Below are positions 48,392 to 60,030 of a stretch of 64,000 nt of DNA, piece by piece. A program made the position numbers and the translations under genes. Position 1 is the stretch's first letter. Each line of letters starts with the position of its first letter. The notes beneath the pieces were generated by a model, which made no database searches, was not told the DNA's origin, and saw nothing but the letters and a program-made list of their open reading frames with translations. Where the stretch lies: positions 6,720,001 to 6,784,000 of the forward strand of contig OZ245006.1 of the NCBI GenBank assembly GCA_965223545.1, given 5' to 3'. The DNA comes from Planctomycetota bacterium. Lineage in GTDB: Bacteria > Planctomycetota > UBA1135 > UBA2386.

Positions 48392-49696
48392 TCAGAAGCC
48401 GATGGTCCAGTCGAGGCCGTCGCTGAACACCAGGCCCGACGCCGTCATCGGGTTGACCACATCGACGACGACCGCCTGCAGGAACAGCTGGGCGCCGACC
48501 AAGTTGGTGTTGTTCGGAATCGGGAACGAGAAGCTGGTCGTCGGCGGGCTGGTGACGAAGTTGACGTCCAGCAGCGGCGGGCTCACCAGCGCGGTGGCGC
48601 CGAGGAACGGCAACGCGAGCGGCGTGGTGCCGATCACCAGCAGGCCTGGCTCGGCGCCCGACGCGGCGTAGCTGAGGTCGAAGGCGCCGACGTCGCCGAT
48701 CGAGGGATCGGTGACCGGCACCAGGTTGGCGGTGCCGAACGCGGGGTGCGGCGGGTTGGTGCCGTAGATCGACGAAGCGCCCGCCGTGCCGATGCGCAGG
48801 TTGTCGATCAGGCCGAAGCTGAGGGCCGCGTTGTCGGAGATCGACGAGAAGATGTCCATGTAGCCGACGGTCACTGAACCGTCGCTGGCAAACGGTGCGC
48901 CGATGCCGGCGTCGAGCGCGGCGATCGCCAGTCCGTCGACGGACCAGGTCACCAGCGGTGCTCCGCCGGTGCCGCCGTCCACGTCGATCACGATCTCGAC
49001 CTCGTGCCATTCGAAGCCGAACGAGCCGGGCTGGCTGATGCCGGTCTGCTGCGGGAACCCGCCGGCCGCGGCGGCACCCTGCACCGGCAGCGCGCCGACG
49101 TCGATGCTGCCGAATTGCGCGTAGTACGGGTCGCTGGCGTTGTGCGCGCCACCACCGGCACTGGAGCTGCCGGCGAAGAACTGGCCGCTCTCGGCGAACT
49201 GCTCGCTGCCGTCCTTGTAGCCGCGGTAGTCGCGCGACGAGCCGCCCTCACCGGTCGCGGCAAACCAGGCGCCGGTGCCGGAGCCGCCGATGTTGGGGGT
49301 GCTGCCGTCACCGCCCGCGCCGCAGGTGATGAACTCGGTCGAGCCGGTGCCCCCGCCCGGGAACGGGCCGTTGGCGTTGACCCAAGCGTCGAAGCGGATG
49401 ACGCGGTCGCCCGTGTAGGTCTGCACCGTGTGCAGCGTCACCGCGTTGGCCGCGCCCGCGGTGATGTTGGCCTCGAACTTGACACCCAGCGTCGTGCCGC
49501 CCGTGGTGTTCGGCGCGGGTGGAATGCCCATCGAGCTGTAGTCGAACAGGAACGTCGCGAACGCGTCACCGGTCGAGGCGACGATGTAGCTCGCCGAGGT
49601 GTCGGTGTCGAAGTCGTCCGACACGATCTGGGCGTTGGCGACGGAGGCGCACGCGGCGGTGAGCGCGGCGGCGTGGAGCAGGCGGTTGTGATCCAT
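48392..49696 (-). CDS. Secreted hypothetical protein (beta-sandwich/lectin-like) with the shared C-terminal domain
   Basis: Signal peptide ANA-Q; DDFD...FDYS..GIPPAPN; IDNLRI; good codon bias. Confidence 0.8.
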   Translation of the reverse strand: MDHNRLLHAAALTAACASVANAQIVSDDFDTDTSASYIVASTGDAFATFLFDYSSMGIPPAPNTTGGTTLGVKFEANITAGAANAVTLHTVQTYTGDRVIRFDAWVNANGPFPGGGTGSTEFITCGAGGDGSTPNIGGSGTGAWFAATGEGGSSRDYRGYKDGSEQFAESGQFFAGSSSAGGGAHNASDPYYAQFGSIDVGALPVQGAAAAGGFPQQTGISQPGSFGFEWHEVEIVIDVDGGTGGAPLVTWSVDGLAIAALDAGIGAPFASDGSVTVGYMDIFSSISDNAALSFGLIDNLRIGTAGASSIYGTNPPHPAFGTANLVPVTDPSIGDVGAFDLSYAASGAEPGLLVIGTTPLALPFLGATALVSPPLLDVNFVTSPPTTSFSFPIPNNTNLVGAQLFLQAVVVDVVNPMTASGLVFSDGLDWTIGF

Positions 49697-49975
49697 GGTC
49701 TGTGATGCGGGGGAGACTCGGTTGCGGAGATGATGGGCGCACTCGGACTTCGGCCTGGTCCTCGGCCGAGAGCGCGACCGCGAGGCTACGATAGAGCGGT
49801 GCGGCGCGCTTGGGTATGGGGGGTGCGGGCGCGCCGCGCGACCTCGAGCCCGATCGCGGCGCACGCTCCAACCCTCCTTGCGACCGATGGTTGAGAACGT
49901 CCCGCCGATGTGTCGGTGGGCGGCGCACGCCCGTTGTCCGCCACCTCTTCACCGCGCGGTATGGTCGGCGCCAGC

Positions 49976-52330
49976 ATGCTCTGCTCCCTTCCGCTCTCAT
50001 CACTCGCGATCCGCCCGGTGGCCGCGATCGCTGCACTCACCGCGGCCGCCACGACATCGCCGCCGGCCGCCGCCCAGGATCCGGCCACCGCCACCGATCC
50101 CGAGGTCCGGCTGCAGCGCTACGCCCGCCACCTGGAGAAAGTCGAGAACTCGCCGCACGGCGCGCTGCGCTGGCAGTTCCTCGGGCCGACCAACATCAGC
50201 GGCCGGGTGACCGACGTCGCGGTGCCGGCGCCGCGTGGCGAGAGCTACGCGATGTATGTCGCCGGTGCCTCCGGCGGAGTGTGGAAGACCGACAACGAGG
50301 GCACGACCTGGACGCCGGTGTTCGAGCACGCGCCGTCGACGTCGATCGGCGACGTCACGGTGGCGCCGTCCGATCACGACGTGGTCTGGATCGGCACCGG
50401 CGAAGCCAACATCTTCCGCAGCTCGATGGCCGGTTGTGGCGTCTACAAGTCCATCGATGCCGGGGCGTCGTGGCAGCACATGGGACTCGCGGCGACCCAC
50501 ACCGTGGCGCGCATCGTGGTCCACCCGGCCGATCCCGACGTCGTCTACGTCGCCGCTTCCGGCCACGAATGGACCGACAACCGCGAGCGCGGCGTGTTCA
50601 AGAGCACCGACGGCGGCCAGACCTGGGAGCACTCGCTCTACATCGACGACCGCACCGGGGCCATCGATCTGGTGCTCGATCCGTCGGACCCCGAGACCCT
50701 CTACGCCGCCACCTGGGAGCGCGTGCGCAAGCGCTGGAACGACCCGCGCAACGAGGATGGCTACGACGGCAGCGGCATCTACAAGAGCACCGACGGCGGC
50801 TTGGTGTGGACGCCGTGCAACACCGGGTTGCCCGGTGCGCGGTGGCGCGGCCGGATCGGCATCGACCTGTGCGCCGCGCAGCCGCGCACTCTGTACGCGT
50901 TCGTCGACAGCTACGAGCTGGTTGACGAGGAGCCGGAGGGCACCGATTCGTACGGGAGGCCGATGCGGCGGCGCATCGAGGGGGCGCAGATCTACCGCAG
51001 CGACGACGGCGCGGAGTCCTGGCAGCGGGTGAGCCCGGCCGACGAGGCGATGCGCCGCCACTCGGGCACGTATGGTTGGGTGTTCGGTCAGATCCGCGTC
51101 GATCCCACCGACCCCGATGTGGTCTACACGATGGGGCTCGGGCTGCACGTGTCGCGCGATGGCGGCCGGACCTACCGGCGGTTGCGCGGCATGCACGGCG
51201 ACCACCATGCGCTGTGGATCGATCCCCGCAACCCCCGCTACCTGGTCAATGGCAACGACGGCGGGGCGGTGGTGTCCTACGACGGCGGCGAGACCTGGAA
51301 GTCGTTCACCGAGGGGCTGCCGATGGTGCAGTTCTTCAACGTCGGCGTCGACATGGCGGAGCCGTTCCGCGTCTACGGCTCGATCCAGGACCACGGCAGC
51401 TTCCGCGCGCCGGTCGAGCTGTCGAAGGGGCGCGACGCCATCCCCGCGCAGCGCTTCGAGCGCGCGCCGGGCGGCGAGGGCTCGAGCCACGCGATCGACC
51501 CCACGGACCCGGACACCGTCTACGCGGCCGGCTTCTACGGCCGGATCCACCGCACCGACATGCGCAGCGGCGACCGGCGCAACCTGGTGCCGCGGGCCGC
51601 GGAGGGCGAGGCCCCGCTGCGCGGTCAGTGGGTGGCGCCGTTCGTCCTGTCGCCGCACAACCCGCGGATCCTCTACCACGGGATGAACGCGCTGTTCCGC
51701 TCCTGGGATCGCGGCGAGGTGTGGGAGCAGATCAGCGGTGATCTCAGCTACGGAGACGCGGAGACCCGCGGCGACATCCCGTACCACACGATCTCGACCA
51801 TCGCCGAGTCGCCGTTCGCGTTTGGCCGGCTGTACGTCGGCACCGACGACGGCCGTGCGTGGACCACGCCGGACGGTGGTGGCGAATGGCAGGAGATCAC
51901 CGCCGGGCTGGCCTCCGATCGGTGGATCTCGCGGGTCGAGGCCTCGCGCCACGCCGAGGGCCGCTTGTTCCTGGCGCAGAACGGCAAGCGGCACGACGAC
52001 TTCCTCCCGTATCTGTGGGTGTCCGAGGACCACGGCGCGCACTGGCGCAGCCTGGCCGACGACATCCCGCTCGGGCCGATCAACGTGGTGCGCGAGGATC
52101 CGGTGCGCGCCGACGTGCTCTACGTCGGCACCGACCTGGGCGTCTACTCGAGCTGCGATCGCGGCCTCACTTGGCAGGCGTTGGCTGCTGGAATGCCGTC
52201 GACGTTCGTGCACGATTTGGTCGTGCACGAACGAGACCACCTGTTGGTCGCGGCCACGCACGGCCGCGGCATGTTCGTTCTGGATGTGCGTCCGCTGCAC
52301 GAAGGCGGCGAAGACGAGGCGCCCAAGTGA
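49976..52330 (+). CDS. Sortilin/VPS10-like BNR-repeat protein (glycosyl-hydrolase-like)
   Basis: GPTNISGRVTD, GGVWKT, many S.DGG.TW Asp-boxes, HGDHHALW, THGRG; start uncertain. Confidence 0.88.
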   Translation: MLCSLPLSSLAIRPVAAIAALTAAATTSPPAAAQDPATATDPEVRLQRYARHLEKVENSPHGALRWQFLGPTNISGRVTDVAVPAPRGESYAMYVAGASGGVWKTDNEGTTWTPVFEHAPSTSIGDVTVAPSDHDVVWIGTGEANIFRSSMAGCGVYKSIDAGASWQHMGLAATHTVARIVVHPADPDVVYVAASGHEWTDNRERGVFKSTDGGQTWEHSLYIDDRTGAIDLVLDPSDPETLYAATWERVRKRWNDPRNEDGYDGSGIYKSTDGGLVWTPCNTGLPGARWRGRIGIDLCAAQPRTLYAFVDSYELVDEEPEGTDSYGRPMRRRIEGAQIYRSDDGAESWQRVSPADEAMRRHSGTYGWVFGQIRVDPTDPDVVYTMGLGLHVSRDGGRTYRRLRGMHGDHHALWIDPRNPRYLVNGNDGGAVVSYDGGETWKSFTEGLPMVQFFNVGVDMAEPFRVYGSIQDHGSFRAPVELSKGRDAIPAQRFERAPGGEGSSHAIDPTDPDTVYAAGFYGRIHRTDMRSGDRRNLVPRAAEGEAPLRGQWVAPFVLSPHNPRILYHGMNALFRSWDRGEVWEQISGDLSYGDAETRGDIPYHTISTIAESPFAFGRLYVGTDDGRAWTTPDGGGEWQEITAGLASDRWISRVEASRHAEGRLFLAQNGKRHDDFLPYLWVSEDHGAHWRSLADDIPLGPINVVREDPVRADVLYVGTDLGVYSSCDRGLTWQALAAGMPSTFVHDLVVHERDHLLVAATHGRGMFVLDVRPLHEGGEDEAPK

Positions 52331-55300
52331 GGCGGCCCGGCGGCCGACTCGGCGTGCGTCGGCTCGTCCGCGTCGCCGGGCTCGCGTTGCTCGCGCTTGG
52401 CGCGCCTGTCCGCGCGCAGGAAAGCACGCCGGTCGACTTCGACCGCGACATCCGCCCACTGCTGTCGGCCAAGTGCTTTCGCTGCCACGGCCCCGACGGC
52501 GAGCACCGCAAGGCAGGGCTGCGGCTGGACACCTGGGCCGGCGTCACCGCCGTCGGCAAGCGCGGCGCGGCGGTGGTCCCCGGAGAGCCGGAGCGCAGCC
52601 TGTTGGTGCAGCGCATCGCGCACGCCGATCCGCGCGAGCGCATGCCGCCGCCGCGCGCCGGCGAGCCGTTGGATGCCGCCGAGCGCGAGCGGCTGATCCG
52701 CTGGATCGAGCAGGGAGCACCTTGGGCGCAGCACTGGGCGTTCGTGCCGCCAGCGGCCACGACTCCGCCGGGAGGTGCGCCTCCGGGGAGCGAGATCGAC
52801 GCGTTCGTGCGCGCGCGCCTCGCCGAGCGCGGCATGCAGCCGGCGCCCGCCGCCGACCGCGCCCGGTTGCTGCGCCGCGTCACCCTGGACCTCACCGGCT
52901 TGCCGCCGGCGCCACACGAGCTCGACGCGTTCTTGGCTGATACCGGCGCCACCGCCTACGAGCGCGTCGTCGATCGCCTGCTGGCCTCACCGCGCTACGG
53001 CGAGCACATGGCGCGCTTCTGGCTCGACGCCGCGCGCTACGGCGACACCCACGGCCTGCACCTCGACAACTACCGGGAGATGTGGCCCTACCGGGATTGG
53101 GTGATCGACGCCTTCAACCGCAACCTGCCGTACGACGCGTTCGTCACCGAGCAGCTGGCGGGCGACCTGCTGCCGGACGCGACGCTGGAGCAGCAGATCG
53201 CATCGGGCTTCAACCGCTGCCACGTGACCACCAACGAGGGCGGCTCGATCGTCGAAGAGGTCTACGTGCGCAACGTCGTCGACCGGGTGAGCACGGTGGG
53301 CACGGCGATGATGGGGCTGACGGTCGGCTGTGCCGTGTGCCACGACCACAAGTTCGATCCGATCACCCAGCGCGACTTCTACGCGATGTTCGCGTTCTTC
53401 AACAATCTCGACGGCAAGGCGATGGACGACAACGCGGCGCAGCACCATCCGGTGGTGCGGGTGCCGTCGGCCGAGCAGGCGGCGGCGCTGGCTGCCCTCG
53501 AGGCGGAGCGCACGGCCGCGGAGACCGCGGTGGTCGCGCTGGTCGATGCCCATGAGTACTCCGAACCGGTGGCGGCCGCGCCGGCAGCGCCCCGGCGCGA
53601 GGTCGTCTGGATCGACGATGCGCTGCCGCCGGGTGCCGAGGCCGAGGGCGATGGCTTGGAATGGGTCGAGGCACCCCGCGCCCTGGTGCACAGTGGACGG
53701 CTGGCGATGCAACGCCGCAGTCGCGGGCTGCAGCAGCACTCGTTCCGCCGCGCCGACGTCAAGCTCAGAGTCGGCAGCGGCGACGTGCTGTTCGCCTGGG
53801 TGCGGGTCGACCCGCGCGATCCGCCGCGCGCGATCATGCTGCAGTGGAACGGCGATGGGCAGGACGACTGGGACCACCGCGCGTTCTGGGGCGAGGATGT
53901 GATCGATTACGGCGAGTCCGGGACCGCGGCGCGCTTCCCGGCGGGACCGTTGCCGCGGCCCGGCGTGTGGACGCGGCTCGAGGTACCCGCCGCGGCGGTA
54001 GGCTTCGCGCCGGGCGCCGCGGTGCACGGCCTGGCGATCACCCAGTTCGACGGCACCAGCCAATGGGACGCGATCGGCGCCGAGACCAGCGCGCCGCAAG
54101 ACGCCGAGGATCACGTTTGGATCGACGACGCGCTGCCGCGTGGCGCGGTGCCCGGCGGCGATGGACAGACCTGGAGCTTCGGTGCTGCCGGAGCGCAGCC
54201 GGTGCTGCGCGGCGGGCTGAGCCTGCGCCGCAGCGGTGGCGACGGGCTCAACCAGGACTACTTCACCGGGGCGCGGCCGTTGCGGATCCAGCACGGCGAC
54301 CGCCTGTTCGCGCACGTCTGGTTGGATGCCGAAGACCCGCCGCGGGGGGTGCAGTTGCAATTCCACAGCGGCGGGTGGGGTCATCGCGCCCGCTGGGGAG
54401 TCGAGGCGCACGGCGCCGGTGCGGAGGGCGGCGCCGACTTCGTCGCCGGACCGCTGCCGCCGCGCGGTCGCTGGGTGCGGCTCGAGGTCGGTGTCGAGGA
54501 CGTCGGTCTGCGGCCGGGTGCGCGCGTCGACGGCTGGGCGTTCACGCAGGTCGGCGGCACCGTCTATTGGGATGCGGCGGGAGTGCGCACGTTCGGTCCC
54601 CCAGACGCGCGGGCCCGAACTTCGCTGCGGGCGTGGACCGAGGTGGCGGCCGCCGACGCCTCCCTTCCGCAGCCCTTGCGCGAAGCGGCCGCTGCGGCGG
54701 CGCCCAGCGTCGATCAGCGGCAGTTGCTGCGCCGCCACTATCTGCGCCACGAGTACGTCCCGCTGCGGGCGGAGGTCGAGCCGCTGCAGCGCGCCGTGGA
54801 CGCGGTCCTAAAGCAGCTGGATGCCCTGGAGGCCGAGGTGCCGACCACGCTGGTGATGGCCGAGCGCGACGAGCCGCGGCCGGCCTACGTGCTGGTCCGG
54901 GGAGAGTACGACGCGCGCGGCGAGCAGGTCGAACCCGCCATTCCGGCAGCGCTGCCGCCGATGGGGTCGGATCTGCCGCGCGACCGGCTCGGCTTCGCCC
55001 GCTGGCTCACCGATGGCCGCCATCCGCTGACGGCGCGGGTGTTCGTCAATCGCCTGTGGCAGCAGCTGTTCGGCACCGGCTTGGTGGAGACCGCCGAAGA
55101 CTTCGGCAATCAGGGCGCGCGGCCGACGCACCCGAGGCTGCTGGACTGGCTGGCGTGCCGTTTCGTCGCCGACGGCTGGGACGTCAAGCGGATGCTGCGC
55201 CGCATGGTGCTGAGCGAGACCTACGCGCAGACCTCGTCGGCCGCGCCCGAGGTCCTGGCGCGCGATCCGAACAACCGCTGGTTGGCCCGCGGGCCGCGGC

Positions 55301-55953
55301 ATCGGCTCGATGCCGAGGTGTTGCGAGATGCGGCGCTGGCCTACGCCGATCTCTTGGTCGAGCGCATCGGTGGACCCGGAGTCAAGCCGCCGCAGCCGGC
55401 CGGACTGTGGAAGGCGGTGGGTTACGTGGGCTCCAACACCGCCGAGTTCACCGCCGACCAGGGCGCGGACAAGGTGCACCGGCGCAGCATCTACACGTTC
55501 TTCAAGCGCACCGCGCCGCCGCCGCAGCTCAGCACCTTCGACGCGCCGAGCCGCGAGGTGTGCGTGGTGCGGCGCGAACGCACCAATACGCCGCTGCAGG
55601 CGCTGCTGCTGATGAACGATCCGCAGTTCGTGGAGGCGTCGCGCGGCGTCGCCCGGCGCGTGCTGTCGGCGCACGGCGCAGCGGGCGACGAGGCGGTGGC
55701 CGAGGCGTTGCTGCGGCTCGTGCTGTGCCGGCCGGTGGACCCCGCCGACTGCGACGACGTGCTGGCGCTGTTGCGCTCCGAACGCGCCGCGTTCGCCGCC
55801 GCTCCCGATCGCGCCGCGGCCCTGCTCTCGATCGGCGCGGTCTCGATCGGCGAGGAACCGCCCGAGCTCGCGTTCGACGCGATCGAGCTCGCCGCCTGGA
55901 CCCTCGTTGCCAGCACCGTGCTCAACACCCACGAGGCCGTCACCAAGAGCTGA
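52327..55953 (+). CDS. Planctomycete cytochrome C + DUF1549 + DUF1553 (PSD1) protein
   Basis: [54 protein letters not shown]. Confidence 0.92.
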   Translation: MRRPGGRLGVRRLVRVAGLALLALGAPVRAQESTPVDFDRDIRPLLSAKCFRCHGPDGEHRKAGLRLDTWAGVTAVGKRGAAVVPGEPERSLLVQRIAHADPRERMPPPRAGEPLDAAERERLIRWIEQGAPWAQHWAFVPPAATTPPGGAPPGSEIDAFVRARLAERGMQPAPAADRARLLRRVTLDLTGLPPAPHELDAFLADTGATAYERVVDRLLASPRYGEHMARFWLDAARYGDTHGLHLDNYREMWPYRDWVIDAFNRNLPYDAFVTEQLAGDLLPDATLEQQIASGFNRCHVTTNEGGSIVEEVYVRNVVDRVSTVGTAMMGLTVGCAVCHDHKFDPITQRDFYAMFAFFNNLDGKAMDDNAAQHHPVVRVPSAEQAAALAALEAERTAAETAVVALVDAHEYSEPVAAAPAAPRREVVWIDDALPPGAEAEGDGLEWVEAPRALVHSGRLAMQRRSRGLQQHSFRRADVKLRVGSGDVLFAWVRVDPRDPPRAIMLQWNGDGQDDWDHRAFWGEDVIDYGESGTAARFPAGPLPRPGVWTRLEVPAAAVGFAPGAAVHGLAITQFDGTSQWDAIGAETSAPQDAEDHVWIDDALPRGAVPGGDGQTWSFGAAGAQPVLRGGLSLRRSGGDGLNQDYFTGARPLRIQHGDRLFAHVWLDAEDPPRGVQLQFHSGGWGHRARWGVEAHGAGAEGGADFVAGPLPPRGRWVRLEVGVEDVGLRPGARVDGWAFTQVGGTVYWDAAGVRTFGPPDARARTSLRAWTEVAAADASLPQPLREAAAAAAPSVDQRQLLRRHYLRHEYVPLRAEVEPLQRAVDAVLKQLDALEAEVPTTLVMAERDEPRPAYVLVRGEYDARGEQVEPAIPAALPPMGSDLPRDRLGFARWLTDGRHPLTARVFVNRLWQQLFGTGLVETAEDFGNQGARPTHPRLLDWLACRFVADGWDVKRMLRRMVLSETYAQTSSAAPEVLARDPNNRWLARGPRHRLDAEVLRDAALAYADLLVERIGGPGVKPPQPAGLWKAVGYVGSNTAEFTADQGADKVHRRSIYTFFKRTAPPPQLSTFDAPSREVCVVRRERTNTPLQALLLMNDPQFVEASRGVARRVLSAHGAAGDEAVAEALLRLVLCRPVDPADCDDVLALLRSERAAFAAAPDRAAALLSIGAVSIGEEPPELAFDAIELAAWTLVASTVLNTHEAVTKS

Positions 55954-55964
55954 AGGACATCGAC

Positions 55965-57425
55965 GTGCACCCGTTGACCGAACACTGTCTGCAGCACACG
56001 CGGCGCGCGTTTCTCGGGCGTTCCGCGCTCGGCCTCGGCGGAGTGGCGGTTGGCGCCCTCGCCGCCGAGGGCAGCGCCGCGCGCGGGGCGCCGGGGGGAG
56101 TCGCCCCCGGGCCCGACTTCGCGCCGCGGGCCAAGCGTGCGATTTGGCTGTTCATGGCCGGAGCGCCGCCACAGATGGATCTGCTCGACTACAAGCCGGG
56201 CTTGGCCGAGCGCTTCGATCAGGATCTGCCCCCGTCGGTGCGTGCGGGTCAGCGGCTGACGACGATGACGTCGGGGCAATCGCGCTTTCCGATCGCGCCG
56301 TCGATCTACCGCTTCGACCGATACGACAACGGCGGCGACGGGGCGTGGGTGAGTGAGCTCTTGCCGCACACCGGCGCGATCAGCGATCGGTTGGCCATCG
56401 TGCGCTCACTGCACACCGAGGCGATCAACCACGATCCCGCGATCACCTACATCTGTACCGGCAGACAGCTGCCGGGCTGGCCCAGTTTCGGTTCCTGGCT
56501 GAGCTATGGGCTCGGCGCGATGAACCGCGACCTGCCCGCGTTCGTCGTGCTGACGCCGACGTGGACCGGGCGCAAGGATGCGCAGGCGCTGTACAACCGA
56601 CTGTGGGGTGCGGGCATGCTGCCCAGCCGCCACCAGGGCGTGGCGCTGCGCGCCCAGGGAGACCCGGTGTTGTTCTTGGCCGATCCGCCGGGTGTCGACG
56701 CGGCCATGCGCCGCCGCATGCTCGACGCGCTGCAGCGACTCAACGAGCGACACCGCGTGGCGAGTGGCGATCCCGAGGCAGCGACGCGGATGGCGCAGTA
56801 CGAGATGGCGTTCCGCATGCAGAGTTCGGTCCCCGAGCTGACCGATCTCAGCGGCGAGAGCGCGTCGACGCTGGCGATGTACGGCCCCGATGTCGAGCGC
56901 CCGGGGACCTTCGCGGCCAGCTGTCTCTTGGCGCGTCGCATGGTCGAGCGCGGGGTGCGGTTCGTGCAGGTCTTCCACCGCGGCTGGGATCAGCACTTCG
57001 CCTTGCCGAGGGATCTCCCGCGTCAGTGCCGGGATGTCGATCAGCCCGCCGCTGCCCTGGTGCGCGATCTCGAACAGCGCGGCCTGCTCGACGACACTCT
57101 GGTGGTGTGGGGCGGGGAGTTCGGCCGCACCGTCTACTGCCAGGGCAAGCTGACCCGTAGCGACTACGGCCGCGACCACCATCCGCGCTGCTTCTCGATG
57201 TGGTTGGCCGGCGGCGGCGTGCGCGGCGGGGTCGTGCACGGTGAGACCGACGACTTCAGCTACAACGTGGTCCGCGACCCGGTCCACATCCGCGACCTCA
57301 ACGCCACCCTCCTGCACTGCCTCGGATTGGACTCGCAGCGACTGTCGGTCCCACACCAAGGGTTGGACGTGCGCCTGACCGGCGTCGAGGAAGAGGCACG
57401 GGTGGTGCGCGCCTGGCTGACGTAA
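55965..57425 (+). CDS. DUF1501 domain protein (Tat signal)
   Basis: [36 protein letters not shown]. Confidence 0.93.
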   Translation: MHPLTEHCLQHTRRAFLGRSALGLGGVAVGALAAEGSAARGAPGGVAPGPDFAPRAKRAIWLFMAGAPPQMDLLDYKPGLAERFDQDLPPSVRAGQRLTTMTSGQSRFPIAPSIYRFDRYDNGGDGAWVSELLPHTGAISDRLAIVRSLHTEAINHDPAITYICTGRQLPGWPSFGSWLSYGLGAMNRDLPAFVVLTPTWTGRKDAQALYNRLWGAGMLPSRHQGVALRAQGDPVLFLADPPGVDAAMRRRMLDALQRLNERHRVASGDPEAATRMAQYEMAFRMQSSVPELTDLSGESASTLAMYGPDVERPGTFAASCLLARRMVERGVRFVQVFHRGWDQHFALPRDLPRQCRDVDQPAAALVRDLEQRGLLDDTLVVWGGEFGRTVYCQGKLTRSDYGRDHHPRCFSMWLAGGGVRGGVVHGETDDFSYNVVRDPVHIRDLNATLLHCLGLDSQRLSVPHQGLDVRLTGVEEEARVVRAWLT

Positions 57426-57440
57426 CGGCGGCGGGCCACC

Positions 57441-60020
57441 GTGTCGGCCCGGTCGCCAGCGGCTATTCTTGGAGTGGTCCCACACGCCAACGAGAGCACC
57501 GCAACCTTGCTTGACCCAACCCCGCGCCGGCGTCCGGCGCTGCCCCTTTGGGCGTTCTCGGCCGTCTTCGCGATCGCCGCTCCAGCAACCGGCCAGACCC
57601 CCAACCCGCCGCTGGTCCCGTTCACCAGCGTGAACTTCCCCAACGGCTTGGAGTTCGGCTGGTCGCTCGGGATCTCCTGCGGCGACTATGACGCCGACGG
57701 CTTCCCTGACCTCTACAACCACCTGACCGGCGAGTTGTGGCGCAATCTGGGTGGCCAGGACTGGGAAATCGCCAGCAACCTGTTGTCCGGGCCAGTGGCC
57801 TTTCGCTACGGCTCGTCGTTCGGGGACTACGACCGCGACGGCCTGCCCGACATCGCCACCGAGCCGCGCAAGGGCTACTGCTTCCAGCTGTTCCACAACG
57901 ACGGCGGCGGCCAGTTCACCGACATCGCCGAGGGGACGGCGTCGTTCGCGGTCACGCCGTGCGACGAGTTCGCCGAGACCGCGGCGTGGGGCGACGTCGA
58001 CTTCGACAACGACCTCGATCTGTTCCTGCCGACTTATCCCGCCTTCGTCGGCGGCACGCAGCCCAACTACTTTTGGCGCAACAACGGTCCGGTCGGCGTC
58101 GGCGGCGCCTACGTGTTCGAGGAGATGGCGGCGGCGGTCGGGCTACTCGTGCCGGTCGGCAACAACCGGCCCGAGGGCGCGCAGCTGTGCGACTACGACT
58201 TCGACGGCGACCTGGACCTCTACAGCAACGGCAGCCTGTACCAAAACCAGTCGACCCTGGGGCAGCCGGCCTTCGCCGCGATGGCGGAGGCGGCGTCGGG
58301 CATCGGCCTCAGCTCGGTGCTCGACGAGGGAGCGCTGTTCTTCGACCACGACCTCGACGGTGACTTCGACATCCTGGCGGCCTACGTGGGGGTCGGCGTG
58401 GTGATCTGGGAGAACCGCGGCGATGGCACGTTCTTCCAGCTCGATCCGTCGGCGATCGCCAGTCCGACGGCCGGCGTCGACTTCGGCGTCTCCGCCGAAG
58501 ACTGGGACAACGACGGCGACCTCGACTTCAACTCGCAGTTCGCCTTCCGCCGCAACATGCTGGTCGAGACCGGGCAGCGCCAGTACGTCGTCAGTCTGGG
58601 GCAGCTGGACCCCGCGCACTTGATCCGGCCGACGGTGGCGTGGGCGGACTTCGATCTGGACGGTGATCTCGACGCGGCGATCGGCAACTTCTGGCCGGAG
58701 AACGACGGCACCGGCGCGCTGTACGACAACGCCCTCTACGACGCCAGCACGCCGGCGGCGCAGCGCCGGCATCTGCGCGTGCGGCTGATGCGCGACGAGA
58801 GCTTTGCGCGCGGCAGTGAGACCGAGTTCGGTGCCCGCGCCGAAGTGCGCGTCGCCGGGGAGCAGGGCGTGCGACGCACCAAGTTCGTCGCCAGTGGCCA
58901 CGGCTACCTCAACCAGAACGAGTACACCCTGCACTTCGGCATCCCGTCGGCGGGTGGCGCGACCGTGCTCGACGTGGTCGCCGAGTTTCCAAACGACCCG
59001 GCGGTGGGTGGGTGGCGGGTCGACCGGCACGTCAATCCGCTGCTCGGCGGGCTCGTGTTGGAGGCGCTGGGCGACCGCGAGGTCGTCGTCTTCCGCAGTG
59101 GTCGGGCGGTCGTCGACGGCTGTGACGTCACCCCGAACCCGGTGGAGTCGCCGCTGACCGCGAGCACGCCGGCGCTGGTGCTGCCGAGCGCGACGGCCGG
59201 CCTGGTTCCGCCGGTGACCGCGGCGCGGGACACGTTCGTCGGCATCGACATCACGACCGGCGCGCAGGCGCTCCGCGTGACCGAGCTCGTCGTCGACGGC
59301 GTGGTGACCCAGGGCGGCGTCGCCAACGTGCTCTGGTGGGACACGACCAACGCGAGCACGCCGGTCTTCGTCGACGCGCGCGTCGAGGTCACCGAGCCGC
59401 GCAACGACCGCAGCTACTTGGTCGAGGACCGGATCCTGGCGCCGCAGCGGAGCTATCGAGTTGTCGTCGCCGTCGACTCGACGCGGGCGACGCCGATCGC
59501 GGCGCCGGTCACGACGGGCGGGCTGACGACCAACGGTGGCTTGTTGTTTCGCGACCGCGAGCCGCTGAGCGGCGCGCGCGTGCGCAACGCGCGGACGGAT
59601 CCTGGCGCGGCCTATGTCTCCGTGCGCTTCCGGCCGGCGCTCTTGGGCGTGCCCATCGACCTCGGCAACGCGGTGCCGAGCGCGGCGGGCGGCAGCGCGG
59701 TCCTGCAGATGACGGGTACCATCGCCGGCGGGCAAACGGTGACCCTCGCAGCCTCCGGTCTGCCGGCGAATGGCCAGGCGTTCCTGGCGATCGGCCAGGG
59801 CGTCGAGTGTCTGCCCATCGGCACCGGCACGGTGCTGGTGCCAGCGGCAGCGGCGGTGGCCATGGTGCCGGTCTCGGCCAGCGGCACCGTCTCGCTTTCC
59901 GCGACGTGGCCCGCGGGGTTGCCCACCGGCGTCGAGCTGGCGTCGCAGATCTGGTACGACGACAGCGCGGCTGGCGGCACTCTGGCGACGAGCAACGTCG
60001 TGCTGGTGCGCAGCCCCTGA
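57441..60020 (+). CDS. FG-GAP/VCBS repeat (CRTAC1/ASPIC-like) secreted protein with the shared C-terminal domain
   Basis: Repeated D(Y/F)DxDGDxD; G.GYL.Q....LHFG; true start may be slightly downstream. Confidence 0.85.
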   Translation: MSARSPAAILGVVPHANESTATLLDPTPRRRPALPLWAFSAVFAIAAPATGQTPNPPLVPFTSVNFPNGLEFGWSLGISCGDYDADGFPDLYNHLTGELWRNLGGQDWEIASNLLSGPVAFRYGSSFGDYDRDGLPDIATEPRKGYCFQLFHNDGGGQFTDIAEGTASFAVTPCDEFAETAAWGDVDFDNDLDLFLPTYPAFVGGTQPNYFWRNNGPVGVGGAYVFEEMAAAVGLLVPVGNNRPEGAQLCDYDFDGDLDLYSNGSLYQNQSTLGQPAFAAMAEAASGIGLSSVLDEGALFFDHDLDGDFDILAAYVGVGVVIWENRGDGTFFQLDPSAIASPTAGVDFGVSAEDWDNDGDLDFNSQFAFRRNMLVETGQRQYVVSLGQLDPAHLIRPTVAWADFDLDGDLDAAIGNFWPENDGTGALYDNALYDASTPAAQRRHLRVRLMRDESFARGSETEFGARAEVRVAGEQGVRRTKFVASGHGYLNQNEYTLHFGIPSAGGATVLDVVAEFPNDPAVGGWRVDRHVNPLLGGLVLEALGDREVVVFRSGRAVVDGCDVTPNPVESPLTASTPALVLPSATAGLVPPVTAARDTFVGIDITTGAQALRVTELVVDGVVTQGGVANVLWWDTTNASTPVFVDARVEVTEPRNDRSYLVEDRILAPQRSYRVVVAVDSTRATPIAAPVTTGGLTTNGGLLFRDREPLSGARVRNARTDPGAAYVSVRFRPALLGVPIDLGNAVPSAAGGSAVLQMTGTIAGGQTVTLAASGLPANGQAFLAIGQGVECLPIGTGTVLVPAAAAVAMVPVSASGTVSLSATWPAGLPTGVELASQIWYDDSAAGGTLATSNVVLVRSP

Positions 60021-60030
60021 GCCCGGACGC

